DNA of 64,000 nt from an uncultured bacterium. GTDB taxonomy: Bacteria > Patescibacteriota > Minisyncoccia > Phycocordibacterales > UBA11359. Where the stretch lies: positions 162,474 through 226,473 of the forward strand of contig CAIKZC010000010.1 of assembly GCA_903831815.1 (NCBI GenBank), given 5' to 3'. A model generated the notes under the pieces. The model saw nothing but the letters and a program-made list of their open reading frames with translations, searched no databases and was not told where the DNA came from. Each line of letters starts with the position of its first letter. Positions within the stretch are counted from its first letter, which is position 1. Shown in pieces: positions 1 through 8,034 of the stretch. The position numbers and the translations under genes were made by a program.

Positions 1-1230
1 GTATATTTTTTCCTAGGTCCAAAAAAAGAAATTTTGTATATTGGTAAAGCAACATCACTACGTGATCGTTTGAAAAGTTATTTCAGCAACGACCTCGTCA
101 TGACGCGCGGCGCGTTGGTAAATCAAATGGTTGAACAAGCCGTCGCCATTGATTTTCGAGTGACAGATTCCGTACTTGAGGCTTTGATCTTGGAAAATAA
201 TCTAATCAAAAAATATCAACCGCACGCCAACTCGCGCGAAAAGGATGATAAAAGTTTCAATCACGTAATAATTACGCGCGAAAAGTTTCCGCAAGTGCTA
301 CTTGTGCGTGGAAAAAATATTGGCAAAGAGATCCATCAACAGTTTATCAAATACGATTTTGGTCCATATCCGCAGGGTAGTCAACTTAAGGAAGCTTTGA
401 GAATTGTCCGCAAGATCTTTCCGTTTCGCGATGCACGATGTACTCCTGGACAATCGCGTCCATGTTTCAATCGACAGATCGGATTGTGTCCCGGTGTTTG
501 CACCGGCGAAGTTTCGGAAAAAGAATATGCGCGCATTATAAATCACATTAGATTGTTTTTTGAAGGTCGAAAAACGGCCTTGATCAAAACTTTGGAAAAA
601 GAAATGGCGCTGTACGCCAAAAAACGGGAATTTGAAAAAGCCGGGGAAATTAAACGTACTCTTTTTGCCTTAAGTCATATTCAGGACGTCTCGTTGGTAA
701 AAGAAGATTTTAAAGATGTAAATTATAGCGGTGGAGAAATTTTGGACAACAAAAAATCGAACGAAAAAATTTTTAGAATTGAGGCATACGATATTGCACA
801 TATGAGCGGTAAAAATATGACCGGCGCGATGATCGTTTTGGAAAATGGGGAATTTAATAAAGCTGAATATCGCAAATTTAAAATTAGAACAGTCGAACGT
901 TCCAATGATGTTGGCGCTTTGCGGGAAGTGTTGAATAGACGATTTTCGCATACTGAATGGCAGACTCCCGATGTGATCGTCGTTGATGGAAATGATGTTC
1001 AAAAAAAAGCGGCAGAGCAGATCTTAAAAGAAATAATCGCTGAAAAAACCATCGAAAAATTACCTGTAGTGGTCGCCGTAGTAAAAAACGAACATCATAA
1101 ACCGAACGCGCTCATTGGCAAATCCGAAATCATCGATGTCTTTCAAAAAGAAATTTTGCTTGCCAACAATGAAGCTCATCGTTTTGTTATCGCATATCAT
1201 AAAAAACTTCGCTCGAATATGTTTAACTAG
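1..1230 (+). CDS. uvrC: Excinuclease ABC subunit C (UvrC), 5'-partial at window edge; GIY-YIG, UvrBC and RNase H-like endonuclease domains, no C-terminal (HhH)2
   Basis: The frame continues upstream of the ORF-track ATG to position 1 (VYFFLGPKKEILYIGKA is the GIY-YIG motif). A UvrBC-like segment (EKEYARIINHIRLFFEGRK...FEKAGEIKRTL) and an endonuclease segment (FRIEAYDIAHMSGKNMTGAMIVLENG...YRKFKI) follow. The protein ends at ~410 aa, without a helix-hairpin-helix tail. Confidence 0.8.
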   Translation, partial: VYFFLGPKKEILYIGKATSLRDRLKSYFSNDLVMTRGALVNQMVEQAVAIDFRVTDSVLEALILENNLIKKYQPHANSREKDDKSFNHVIITREKFPQVLLVRGKNIGKEIHQQFIKYDFGPYPQGSQLKEALRIVRKIFPFRDARCTPGQSRPCFNRQIGLCPGVCTGEVSEKEYARIINHIRLFFEGRKTALIKTLEKEMALYAKKREFEKAGEIKRTLFALSHIQDVSLVKEDFKDVNYSGGEILDNKKSNEKIFRIEAYDIAHMSGKNMTGAMIVLENGEFNKAEYRKFKIRTVERSNDVGALREVLNRRFSHTEWQTPDVIVVDGNDVQKKAAEQILKEIIAEKTIEKLPVVVAVVKNEHHKPNALIGKSEIIDVFQKEILLANNEAHRFVIAYHKKLRSNMFN

Positions 1231-1322
1231 GGCTGTGGATATGTCTGTTTGACATGTTAACTAATCCAAAGTACCCTATAACTCGGGTTCTAGTCACTGG
1301 TCTTTTTTATTGAGGAGACGAC

Positions 1323-1658
1323 ATGCGCCAAGTGCGTAAGCCGAAGCGAAGTGCAAACGTTTGCGCCACCAAGCAACATGCTCTGGTGGAGTTTGAGTGT
1401 CCTCGCTGTCACCAGCTTCATATGGAGTTGTGGTCGAAGCAGGACAAAATCACTTCATGCACCACTCCCGGCAAAACGGAGGGGAAGAATTTCTATGTCC
1501 CGCGAATCGGCAGGGGGTCGCGTCTCGTGAGAACGTACGCCGTTACCTCCAATATCGTTGAGCTGAAGGAAGGAAAACGCGCGCCAATCATGAAGATCGG
1601 TTCTACATTGAGACGTGCGCCGCAGAGTCGAATCTTTGCCGCCAAGATGGCTGCGTGA
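1323..1658 (+). CDS. Hypothetical small Cys/His-containing protein (zinc-ribbon-like CPRC...C), in a GC-rich cassette
   Basis: 111-aa ORF with RBS-like GGAGA 7 nt upstream. It sits in a ~53% GC segment (1231-1768) between AT-rich uvrC and ddl and is followed by a strong terminator. The segment could alternatively be a structured RNA. Confidence 0.35.
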   Translation: MRQVRKPKRSANVCATKQHALVEFECPRCHQLHMELWSKQDKITSCTTPGKTEGKNFYVPRIGRGSRLVRTYAVTSNIVELKEGKRAPIMKIGSTLRRAPQSRIFAAKMAA

Positions 1659-1693
1659 TCGACTGATCAAGGGTTAAGGAAACAGTACACAAA

Positions 1694-1730
1694 GGGGGTC
1701 GAGCTAAACAGCTCGATCCCCGATTTTTTT
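1694..1730 (+). terminator. Rho-independent terminator (11-bp GC-rich stem GGGGGTCGAGC/GCTCGATCCCC, loop TAAACA, T7 run)
   Basis: Seen directly in the sequence: gggggtcgagctaaacagctcgatccccgattttttt. Confidence 0.8.
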
Positions 1731-1756
1731 ATAATGAAATCGTGTTGCTCTTGTAG

Positions 1757-1762
1757 TATAAT
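1757..1762 (+). promoter_or_regulatory. -10 box TATAAT exactly 6 nt upstream of the ddl ATG (leaderless-type promoter)
   Basis: tagTATAATatttctATG. The same TATAAT-N6-ATG geometry recurs at 52456, 59036 and 60313. Confidence 0.5.
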
Positions 1763-1768
1763 ATTTCT

Positions 1769-2743
1769 ATGTCGCATAAAAATAGAGTGGCGGTGTTGCG
1801 TGGCGGACCATCGAGTGAATACGATGTGTCGCTCATTACTGGCGCGGCCGTTCTTGAACACTTGCCAGAAAAATATAAGGCTTTAGATATTTTAATTGAT
1901 AAACAGGGTGTGTGGCATCGTGAAGGTGTGCCAAAGACACCGCAAAAAGCGCTTCATGACGTTGATGTGGTTATAAATGCCATGCATGGAGAGTTTGGTG
2001 AAGACGGAAAGGTGCAACAAATTTTGGATGGACTTAAAGTGAAATATACCGGGTCGAGAGCTTTAGCCTCGGCTCTAGGAATGAATAAAATGCTGGCCAA
2101 GAAAGCTTTTATCGGAGCCGGTATCTTAACTCCGGAATTTTTGTATGTGGAAGTAGGGGATGATCTCATTGCTGACGCGGAAGAGATCATGAAAAATTTT
2201 TCTTTGCCGGTTGTGATAAAGCCTAATGCCGCCGGCTCGTCGGTCGGTGTCAGTATTGCAAAAGATTTCGATAGCCTCCTATACGGCCTCCGTAAAGCTT
2301 CCAAGATCAGCAAAAAAATATTGATCGAAGAGTTCATTAAGGGCAGGGAAGCGACATGTGGCGTGATCGAAAAATTTCGCAATCAGGATGTTTACAGTTT
2401 GTTGCCTGTTGAGATAACTCCGCAAGAGGATCAATCTTTTTTTGATTTCGAATCTAAATATAGTGAAACCAAAGGTGCCAAAGAAACTTGTCCGGCCAAT
2501 TTTGACCATAAAATCACGGAGGCTATTCAGAATATGGCCATTGCCGCGCACCAGGTGCTTGGACTGCGTCATTATTCTCGCTCTGATTTTATTGTTTCAC
2601 CGAACGGCATCTATATTTTAGAAATAAATTCTTTGCCAGGATTGACTCCTCAATCGCTTTTGCCAAAATCGCTGGTCGCAGTCGGCAGCTCATTTCCGCA
2701 ATTTTTAGAACATTTGGTTGAATTGGCTCTTTCCGGCAAATAA
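1769..2743 (+). CDS. ddl: D-alanine--D-alanine ligase (ATP-grasp)
   Basis: The N-terminus RVAVLRGGPSSEYDVSL and the C-terminus SRSDFIVSPNGIYILEINSLPGLTPQSL match Ddl signature regions. Length is 324 aa. Confidence 0.9.
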   Translation: MSHKNRVAVLRGGPSSEYDVSLITGAAVLEHLPEKYKALDILIDKQGVWHREGVPKTPQKALHDVDVVINAMHGEFGEDGKVQQILDGLKVKYTGSRALASALGMNKMLAKKAFIGAGILTPEFLYVEVGDDLIADAEEIMKNFSLPVVIKPNAAGSSVGVSIAKDFDSLLYGLRKASKISKKILIEEFIKGREATCGVIEKFRNQDVYSLLPVEITPQEDQSFFDFESKYSETKGAKETCPANFDHKITEAIQNMAIAAHQVLGLRHYSRSDFIVSPNGIYILEINSLPGLTPQSLLPKSLVAVGSSFPQFLEHLVELALSGK

Positions 2744-2753
2744 TTAAAAATTT

Positions 2754-3449
2754 GTGGCCAATTCAACTCAAACGTTAGTAATATCCGATATTCATTTAGG
2801 TTCGACCCTATCTTCGGTAGAGGAATTGATGTCGCTTATCAGAAATACATCTTTTGAGCGCATTATTTTGCTTGGAGATATTTTTGACGGATCGCATATT
2901 CGCCGATTCAAAAAGATTGATTGGCAATTTTTATTGTATCTGCAAAGTCTTGGCAAAAGCGGCAAAGAGATTGTGTGGGTCATTGGCAATCACGATTTGG
3001 CCGCGATCAAAAATATAAAAAAGATCAAGGATATAAAATTCGTTGAGTCATATTATTGGCAATATCGAGGAAATAATTATTGTGCCATTCACGGTCACCA
3101 GTTCGATCATATGGCCATAAAAAATCCGGTGATAAAAAAGTTTACGGGTAACCTCCACTCTATCTTTGCCAGTTATATTCGTCATAAAAAGACTGCACTC
3201 TTTTTTGCCAAAGCTCATACCAAAGTTCGCCGACTTTCGCGCAAGATCGCCGATGGAGCTATCGATTATGCAGTCAAAAACAATATCAATTATATTTTTT
3301 GTGGTCACACACATATGCCTCTAAGTTGCAAAGTCGATCTCGCCGACAAAAAACAGATCAATTATTTTAATACCGGTTCATGGATTCAGAGACCATTTTC
3401 CTATGTGACGATCGACGAGGGAGGAGTAAAGATAAACGAGTTGGCTTAA
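2754..3449 (+). CDS. Calcineurin-like metallophosphoesterase family protein (GTG start)
   Basis: Motifs ISDIHLG, LGDIFDG, GNHD and GHQFDH are present, typical of metallophosphoesterases (LpxH-like fold). Confidence 0.7.
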   Translation: MANSTQTLVISDIHLGSTLSSVEELMSLIRNTSFERIILLGDIFDGSHIRRFKKIDWQFLLYLQSLGKSGKEIVWVIGNHDLAAIKNIKKIKDIKFVESYYWQYRGNNYCAIHGHQFDHMAIKNPVIKKFTGNLHSIFASYIRHKKTALFFAKAHTKVRRLSRKIADGAIDYAVKNNINYIFCGHTHMPLSCKVDLADKKQINYFNTGSWIQRPFSYVTIDEGGVKINELA

Positions 3450-3453
3450 AGTG

Positions 3454-3527
3454 TGGACGATACTGGATTCGAACCAGTGGCCTTACGAATGTGAATCGTA
3501 TGCTCTAACCAACTGAGCTAATCGTCC
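3454..3527 (-). tRNA. tRNA-Val (anticodon CAC), no encoded CCA
   Basis: The reverse complement folds as a cloverleaf: GGACGAU acceptor stem, D-arm GCUC-AGUUGGUUA-GAGC, anticodon loop UUCACAU, T-loop UUCGAAU, and 3' strand AUCGUCC + A. Confidence 0.85.
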
Positions 3528-3626
3528 TTATATATTGTAGTCCTTATTATTGAACACTTTTTCGGTCGTTGCAACATTTCTAAAAATGTGCGATACTCAT
3601 TTGTACGCGTTTTTGAAGTATATTTT

Positions 3627-3699
3627 GGGCCGGTAGCTCACCTGGTAGAGCACCTCATTTGCACTGAGGGGGTAGGGGGTTCGAGTCCTCTCCGGTCCA
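3627..3699 (+). tRNA. tRNA-Ala (anticodon UGC)
   Basis: GGGCCGG acceptor stem, D-arm GCUC-ACCUGGUA-GAGC, anticodon loop UUUGCAC, T-arm GGGGG-UUCGAGU-CCUCU, and 3' strand CCGGUCC + A. Confidence 0.85.
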
Positions 3700-3702
3700 C
3701 TA

Positions 3703-3731
3703 TTGACTTTTTTTAAATAATATAGTAATTT
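3703..3731 (+). promoter_or_regulatory. Putative sigma70-like promoter (TTGACT-N17-TAATTT) immediately after tRNA-Ala, driving the GC-rich ORF
   Basis: ttgacttttttta aataatatagtaattt; the -10 is weak. Confidence 0.3.
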
Positions 3732-3764
3732 AATGTTGTTAGGGTATGTTACCCTGATTGCTAT

Positions 3765-3824
3765 CCTGAAAGGTAAGCAAGTTCATTTCAAATGTTCCCT
3801 GAAAGGGGAACGCATCTGAAAGGA
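3765..3824 (+). repeat. Three direct copies of CTGAAAGG in the 5' leader of the 3832 ORF
   Basis: cctgaaaggt (3765), ccctgaaagggg (3797) and tctgaaaggatg (3816). The last overlaps the RBS AAAGGA. Confidence 0.5.
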
Positions 3825-3831
3825 TGTGTGT

Positions 3832-4557
3832 ATGCTCCGTGTAAATTATGTGTATGGCCTTATGTTTGAGTGGGGCAAGGAATGGAGTCACGGTCGCGAG
3901 CCAGATCGACTGAGGAAAATTTTCCACATGATGGTCGAAGGTCGTTCGTGCGCAGATCTCTTCAAGGCAGTTCTCGAAGATTTGGAGGGTAATGGGTTCG
4001 AACGTTTTAGTCCACTCCAGATCGGTGCAGTGATAGCCTCTGTTTTCATTCTGTTTCCGAATGACGAGACTGATCGTGCTCACTTTGGAAGGGAGCTCGA
4101 GGTAGCTATCACTACCTCTAGTGAATCCGAACCAATTGAGTTTTTTCAGGGTTGTGTGGTTGGTCTCTTTAAGGCGACGGTTACTCTGAGGGAACTGAAA
4201 GATTCCAGCGAGTTTCTGGAAACCAATTTGTGGAGACTTGCTCTTCTTGCTGCAGAAAAGGCTGATTTCCACAAGAGTCAGCCCCACAGCTTCAACCACG
4301 GCGGTATGCTATCGAATGTCATCGGAGATTACTTGCGGAGCGATGATGATGAGACGCGTTGGGAGTATTTGGAGAAAGCGCTCAGTTCTTTCGCCTTAAG
4401 TCTTCCCAAGAAGAAACGTCTGGTCGAGTCTTATTCTGCTCATGGCACAACACGCTTTCTTGTCGGCGAGATGACTTACAAAATCTTTGGTCGTCGGGCC
4501 GACGAAACTGCTAGGACGGCAATGGTCTGCGATTACTTGAAACATAGGAAGCCGTAG
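3832..4557 (+). CDS. Hypothetical protein (GC-rich, ~50% GC); alternative GTG start at 3826
   Basis: Long ORF with RBS AAAGGA 8 nt before the ATG and a terminator downstream. No recognisable domain. The antisense ORF 3739..4299 is shorter and lacks signals. Confidence 0.6.
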   Translation: MLRVNYVYGLMFEWGKEWSHGREPDRLRKIFHMMVEGRSCADLFKAVLEDLEGNGFERFSPLQIGAVIASVFILFPNDETDRAHFGRELEVAITTSSESEPIEFFQGCVVGLFKATVTLRELKDSSEFLETNLWRLALLAAEKADFHKSQPHSFNHGGMLSNVIGDYLRSDDDETRWEYLEKALSSFALSLPKKKRLVESYSAHGTTRFLVGEMTYKIFGRRADETARTAMVCDYLKHRKP

Positions 4558-4583
4558 GCAAGTCATCATTTCTGAACAACCAA

Positions 4584-4619
4584 CCCCGGGGTATCAATCA
4601 CCCCAGGGTTTTTCTTTTT
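4584..4619 (+). terminator. Rho-independent terminator (CCCCGGGG...CCCCAGGG hairpin + TTTTTCTTTTT)
   Basis: ccccggggtatcaatcaccccagggtttttcttttt. Confidence 0.65.
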
Positions 4620-4645
4620 AAAAATTTTTTTCAATTTAACAATAT

Positions 4646-4686
4646 CACCCACAAATTGTTTCCAAAATCCGATCGGGTAGTCCACA
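4646..4686 (+). repeat. Conserved box copy A: CACCCACAAATTGTTTCCAAAATCCGATCGGGTAGTCCAC (24-nt core identical to 8007-8030; contains CCGATCGG palindrome)
   Basis: Exact 24-mer gtttccaaaatccgatcgggtagt is shared with copy B. Both copies follow a GC hairpin terminator plus an AT-rich spacer and precede a gene. Confidence 0.7.
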
Positions 4687-4747
4687 AATAAAAAATGCCT
4701 TTTAAATAAGCTATAAAAACAGTTTTGTTTTTGATATACTTAAAAAC

Positions 4748-7345
4748 ATGGAGAAAATGGATAAAAGTGTTGAAAATCTAAGTGCACAGGTGGATGCTGT
4801 GTCTGAATATGCTGATCAAGAAATATCTCTACCTTCTCGTAAAGATGAATCATTAGCCATGTCTCTTGAGGAACTTAAGGCGAGATACCCTGTCCGCTAT
4901 GAGATGTATCTGAAAGTTTTAAGGGCACAACGTGGTGGAGAAATAACCGAAGAAGAAAAGGAAGATATGGTTGAAACTTTAAGAGCCTTAAATAATCTTG
5001 ATAAGTATATCGAACGACATAAAAGCAACAGTGGAGAGAGAGTTTTGAGAGATAAGCAATTCGATGTTTTTGAAGATATTAGAGATTTTTTGGAAAAAGG
5101 TGGAAAAGAGGGATACATAAAATTACCAACTGGTTCCGGTAAAACGGTGATATTCACGTTGCTTGCAGATGTGCTGGATATGAAAACACTAGTCGTTGTA
5201 CCAAAGAAAAATTTGGTTACCCAGACTAATGAACGAACTGAGCAATTTACTGGTAAGAAAGCTGGAGCGGTTTATCAAGATGAAAAAGTGTTTGATAAAC
5301 AACAGACTACCACCACTTATCAATCACTTGTTAGACAAATCGAAAGCGGCAACATGAAGCCAGAAGATTATAAACTTCTAATACTGGATGAAGCACATAA
5401 AGCTTTGGGTGATAAAAGTCTCGAAACAATTGAATTGTTTAATGATGCAATAAAGCTTGGCTTTACTGCCACACCTAAATATTCTGAGAATAGGAGTGTA
5501 TCCAATATGTTAGAAACTGAGATTCACAGCGTGACAGTAGTTGAAGCTGTAGAAGACGGCATGATTAGTCCATTTTCTGTGATTGTAGCCAAGACAAAAG
5601 TAGATATTAGCAGTGTTGAGGTGAATACTGTTGGTGAATATAGTCAGGCTGACCTTGAAAAGGCTGTCAACATTGCGAGCCGAAATAAAGCGGCAGTGGA
5701 TATTTATAAAAAAATGTTTAATGGTCAGCTCGCGCTCGCATATTGTTGTGGAGTTCAGCATGCCGCAGATGTTGCTAAAGAATTTAACGATGCGGGTATA
5801 CCAGCTATAATGATGAGTGGTGATCAGGATTTATCAGAAAAAGAAAAAAGCGATATTTTTGAAAAGTTTTCACGTGGTGAAATCAAGGTTATTACTAACG
5901 CCGATATTTTGATTGAGGGTTTTGACGAGAAAAGAGTTGGTCTCTGTTTGAATTTGCGACCGACTTTGTCACCGGTTGTTGCTGAACAGCGTGGTGGTAG
6001 AGTTTTGAGATTGAATAAGGAAGAAGACCCAAAAAAGCACGCCTACGTAATTGATTTTCTTGATGAAAATCAAAACAAAGATTTTCATCCTATTACGTTT
6101 GCGGAAATTGCTGGCGCATCGGTTGTATATGCAAAGACCCAAGATGGAAAAGATATTCCTGACAGAAATACGGAAAAAGCGGATGTAGCCAATATAAAAG
6201 TTGAAGGTCTAGAAATAGTTGTTGATTCCGAGGAAGTTATGCGCATGGTTAGAGAAATGGAGTCTCAAGCTGCCAAATTACCTCCCGAAAATTGGATCAA
6301 ATTAAATGATTTTATTGATAAAACCGCAGACACTTTTATTTTGCCGAAAGCAGAAGTGAGAAGAATGGTAGCAGAAAACAAACTTGATAAACCAGATAGT
6401 TTTGGAAGATTTAAAAGCGTTGATGGTTATTTGGGTCAATATATAAGTCCAGAACTTCAGAATGGGATTCTTGATGAATTAGGTAGTGGATTTAAAGGTC
6501 TACCCAAAGATTATCTTACTTTAGGAGCAATGAAGCACGAACTTCAATTGACGTGGACACCGACTTTTAAACGATTGTTTGAAAAAGCAAAGGAGTTGGT
6601 ACCCGATGGAGTTGTTAATCGCAGAGGTCAAGTTTATCTTAGCAAAAAATTCTTTGAAACACTCCGTGACTTGTCCAGTTCTGAAATTGCACCAGAGGAT
6701 TGGGTAACTGAAAGTGCTTTAAAAAAGATGGGTCATAACACAGCTCTTTCAGATTTATTAGATGACCTAAAAGAAGAAATGCCTGATGAAATTAAACAAC
6801 TTCGTGGAAAGAAACATGGACCTATTCCACATTATTCGCCGGCATTTGTGGCGGAATTTTATAAACGAGCAGAAGTTCTCAAACAAAACGAAGCAATTAG
6901 ATTGCAAAAGGAAAAGGAGTTGGAAGTGGCACCTAAAGATTGGTTGGATCTTAGTGATATTAGGATTGCAACAGGTCAGTCGGCAAAAGATCTGGAAGAT
7001 GCCTATAACAAATATGCTTCCGCTAATTCAAATGATAATCTGTTAGGACGACATCGTCCGAGTGCGGACAAAAAATATGAAAATTTCGTTGATCTAAGTG
7101 CTGTAGAAAGAGTTTTTGAGTCGATACTCAATAAAAAAACTTTATGGGAGAGATCCGTTGCACCTGAAGGTTGGTTGACTGCTCAGGCGATTGCGGATAG
7201 GAAGGGAATTTCACTTGAAGAAATTTATAAAAATGTAGTGGCTCTAAAACCTTCAGGAGATAAAATGATTAAGATTTACAAAGACAAGGACGGAAAGAAC
7301 AAATTCTTTTATCACCCTGATTTCGTAAAGAAGCTTATTCCGTAA
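4748..7345 (+). CDS. Superfamily-2 DEAH-box helicase (ResIII / type III restriction-res-like N-terminal ATPase + helicase C domain) with ~450-aa C-terminal extension of unknown function
   Basis: Walker A LPTGSGKT, motif II LILDEAH, motif III GFTATP, motif VI QRGGRVLR. No recognisable domains in residues ~430-865. Confidence 0.8.
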   Translation: MEKMDKSVENLSAQVDAVSEYADQEISLPSRKDESLAMSLEELKARYPVRYEMYLKVLRAQRGGEITEEEKEDMVETLRALNNLDKYIERHKSNSGERVLRDKQFDVFEDIRDFLEKGGKEGYIKLPTGSGKTVIFTLLADVLDMKTLVVVPKKNLVTQTNERTEQFTGKKAGAVYQDEKVFDKQQTTTTYQSLVRQIESGNMKPEDYKLLILDEAHKALGDKSLETIELFNDAIKLGFTATPKYSENRSVSNMLETEIHSVTVVEAVEDGMISPFSVIVAKTKVDISSVEVNTVGEYSQADLEKAVNIASRNKAAVDIYKKMFNGQLALAYCCGVQHAADVAKEFNDAGIPAIMMSGDQDLSEKEKSDIFEKFSRGEIKVITNADILIEGFDEKRVGLCLNLRPTLSPVVAEQRGGRVLRLNKEEDPKKHAYVIDFLDENQNKDFHPITFAEIAGASVVYAKTQDGKDIPDRNTEKADVANIKVEGLEIVVDSEEVMRMVREMESQAAKLPPENWIKLNDFIDKTADTFILPKAEVRRMVAENKLDKPDSFGRFKSVDGYLGQYISPELQNGILDELGSGFKGLPKDYLTLGAMKHELQLTWTPTFKRLFEKAKELVPDGVVNRRGQVYLSKKFFETLRDLSSSEIAPEDWVTESALKKMGHNTALSDLLDDLKEEMPDEIKQLRGKKHGPIPHYSPAFVAEFYKRAEVLKQNEAIRLQKEKELEVAPKDWLDLSDIRIATGQSAKDLEDAYNKYASANSNDNLLGRHRPSADKKYENFVDLSAVERVFESILNKKTLWERSVAPEGWLTAQAIADRKGISLEEIYKNVVALKPSGDKMIKIYKDKDGKNKFFYHPDFVKKLIP

Positions 7346-7424
7346 TTCTGGTAATTTCGAAATATCTGCAAAGCAAAATAAACGGCTAATTTAAGCTATA
7401 TTTTGATATTTTTAAAAAAATTGC

Positions 7425-7452
7425 TTGACAATTTCTGTGGATATGCTATGCT
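7425..7452 (+). promoter_or_regulatory. Putative sigma70-like promoter TTGACA-N16-TATGCT preceded by an A/T-rich UP-like tract
   Basis: tttaaaaaaattgcTTGACAatttctgtggatatgcTATGCT. Confidence 0.4.
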
Positions 7453-7457
7453 TATAT

Positions 7458-7714
7458 CAGCAAGTAAGGGTAAGACCAGCAGGAAGCGTTTGGCTTCCGG
7501 GTATTATTCAGAAGAGAGTGCGGGTTCCTCAGGTCAGCGGAACTGCCAGCACTATTGTTCCTTGAGGTTTGTAGTCTGACAAATCGCCCCTCATATGTTT
7601 CATTCGGAAGTTGCGATGGATTGATCATCGAATGAACGAGGTTTGGCGAGGATTGCGTTTGCGAATCCATGCCTACTGCAGAGTTGCTTGATTGTATGCA
7701 GTAGCAATCTTTTT
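7458..7714 (+). ncRNA. Candidate small structured RNA (~255 nt, ~48% GC) bounded by promoter and terminator; identity unknown
   Basis: No convincing ORF; only a 72-aa antisense ORF. Several internal hairpins, and the segment ends in the terminator at 7673-7714. SRP-like fragments (CAGGUCAGCGGAA) are present but do not match a known consensus. Confidence 0.3.
7673..7714 (+). terminator. Rho-independent terminator (8-bp stem CTACTGCA/TGCAGTAG, 16-nt loop, CAATCTTTTT)
   Basis: ctactgcagagttgcttgattgtatgcagtagcaatcttttt. Confidence 0.55.
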
Positions 7715-7886
7715 AAACGTTAGGTCCAATCTAGCAAAATTTCTCAGAACCACCACGATTTGGAGAACATCGTTGAATGGTTTGAGAGATCAGGACATTA
7801 TTGTCTGGTTTCCAAAATCTCTGTGGCCTGTGAGTCTTTGATCTTCAACTCACAAAAAACCACGATCTGATCGTATGAAGAATCAA

Positions 7887-7920
7887 CCCCCGGATACATC
7901 ACGTGCCGGGGATTTTCTTT
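7887..7920 (+). terminator. Rho-independent terminator (CCCCCGG...CCGGGG stem + ATTTTCTTT), structurally analogous to 4584-4619
   Basis: cccccggatacatcacgtgccggggattttcttt. Confidence 0.55.
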
Positions 7921-7990
7921 ATATAATTAAATTACTATACTGACGATATTTCCTGAAGATTAATTAGTCAAAATATTTCTTAAAGTTTCA

Positions 7991-8034
7991 CACTCCTCCA
8001 CAAACCGTTTCCAAAATCCGATCGGGTAGTTCAC
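7991..8034 (+). repeat. Conserved box copy B: CACTCCTCCACAAACCGTTTCCAAAATCCGATCGGGTAGTTCAC; abuts a TTGACA hexamer
   Basis: The 24-nt core (8007-8030) is identical to 4658-4681. A third partial copy GTTTCCAAAATC lies at 7808-7819. Confidence 0.7.

Noticed and set aside
1231-1768. tmRNA or RNase P RNA in the GC-rich uvrC-ddl spacer
   Set aside because: I could not find the tRNA-like acceptor/T-arm pairing of tmRNA (no 3' ...CCACCA partner for the 5' end) or the P4/CR-I-V motifs of RNase P (GGAAAGUCCGG, AGGGUGAAA, ACAGAACCCGGCUUA). It is kept only as an unresolved candidate.
3739-4299. 186-aa minus-strand ORF opposite the 3832..4557 gene
   Set aside because: It is shorter than the + ORF, would run into the tRNA-Ala promoter region, and has no RBS. 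It is a GC-rich antisense artefact.
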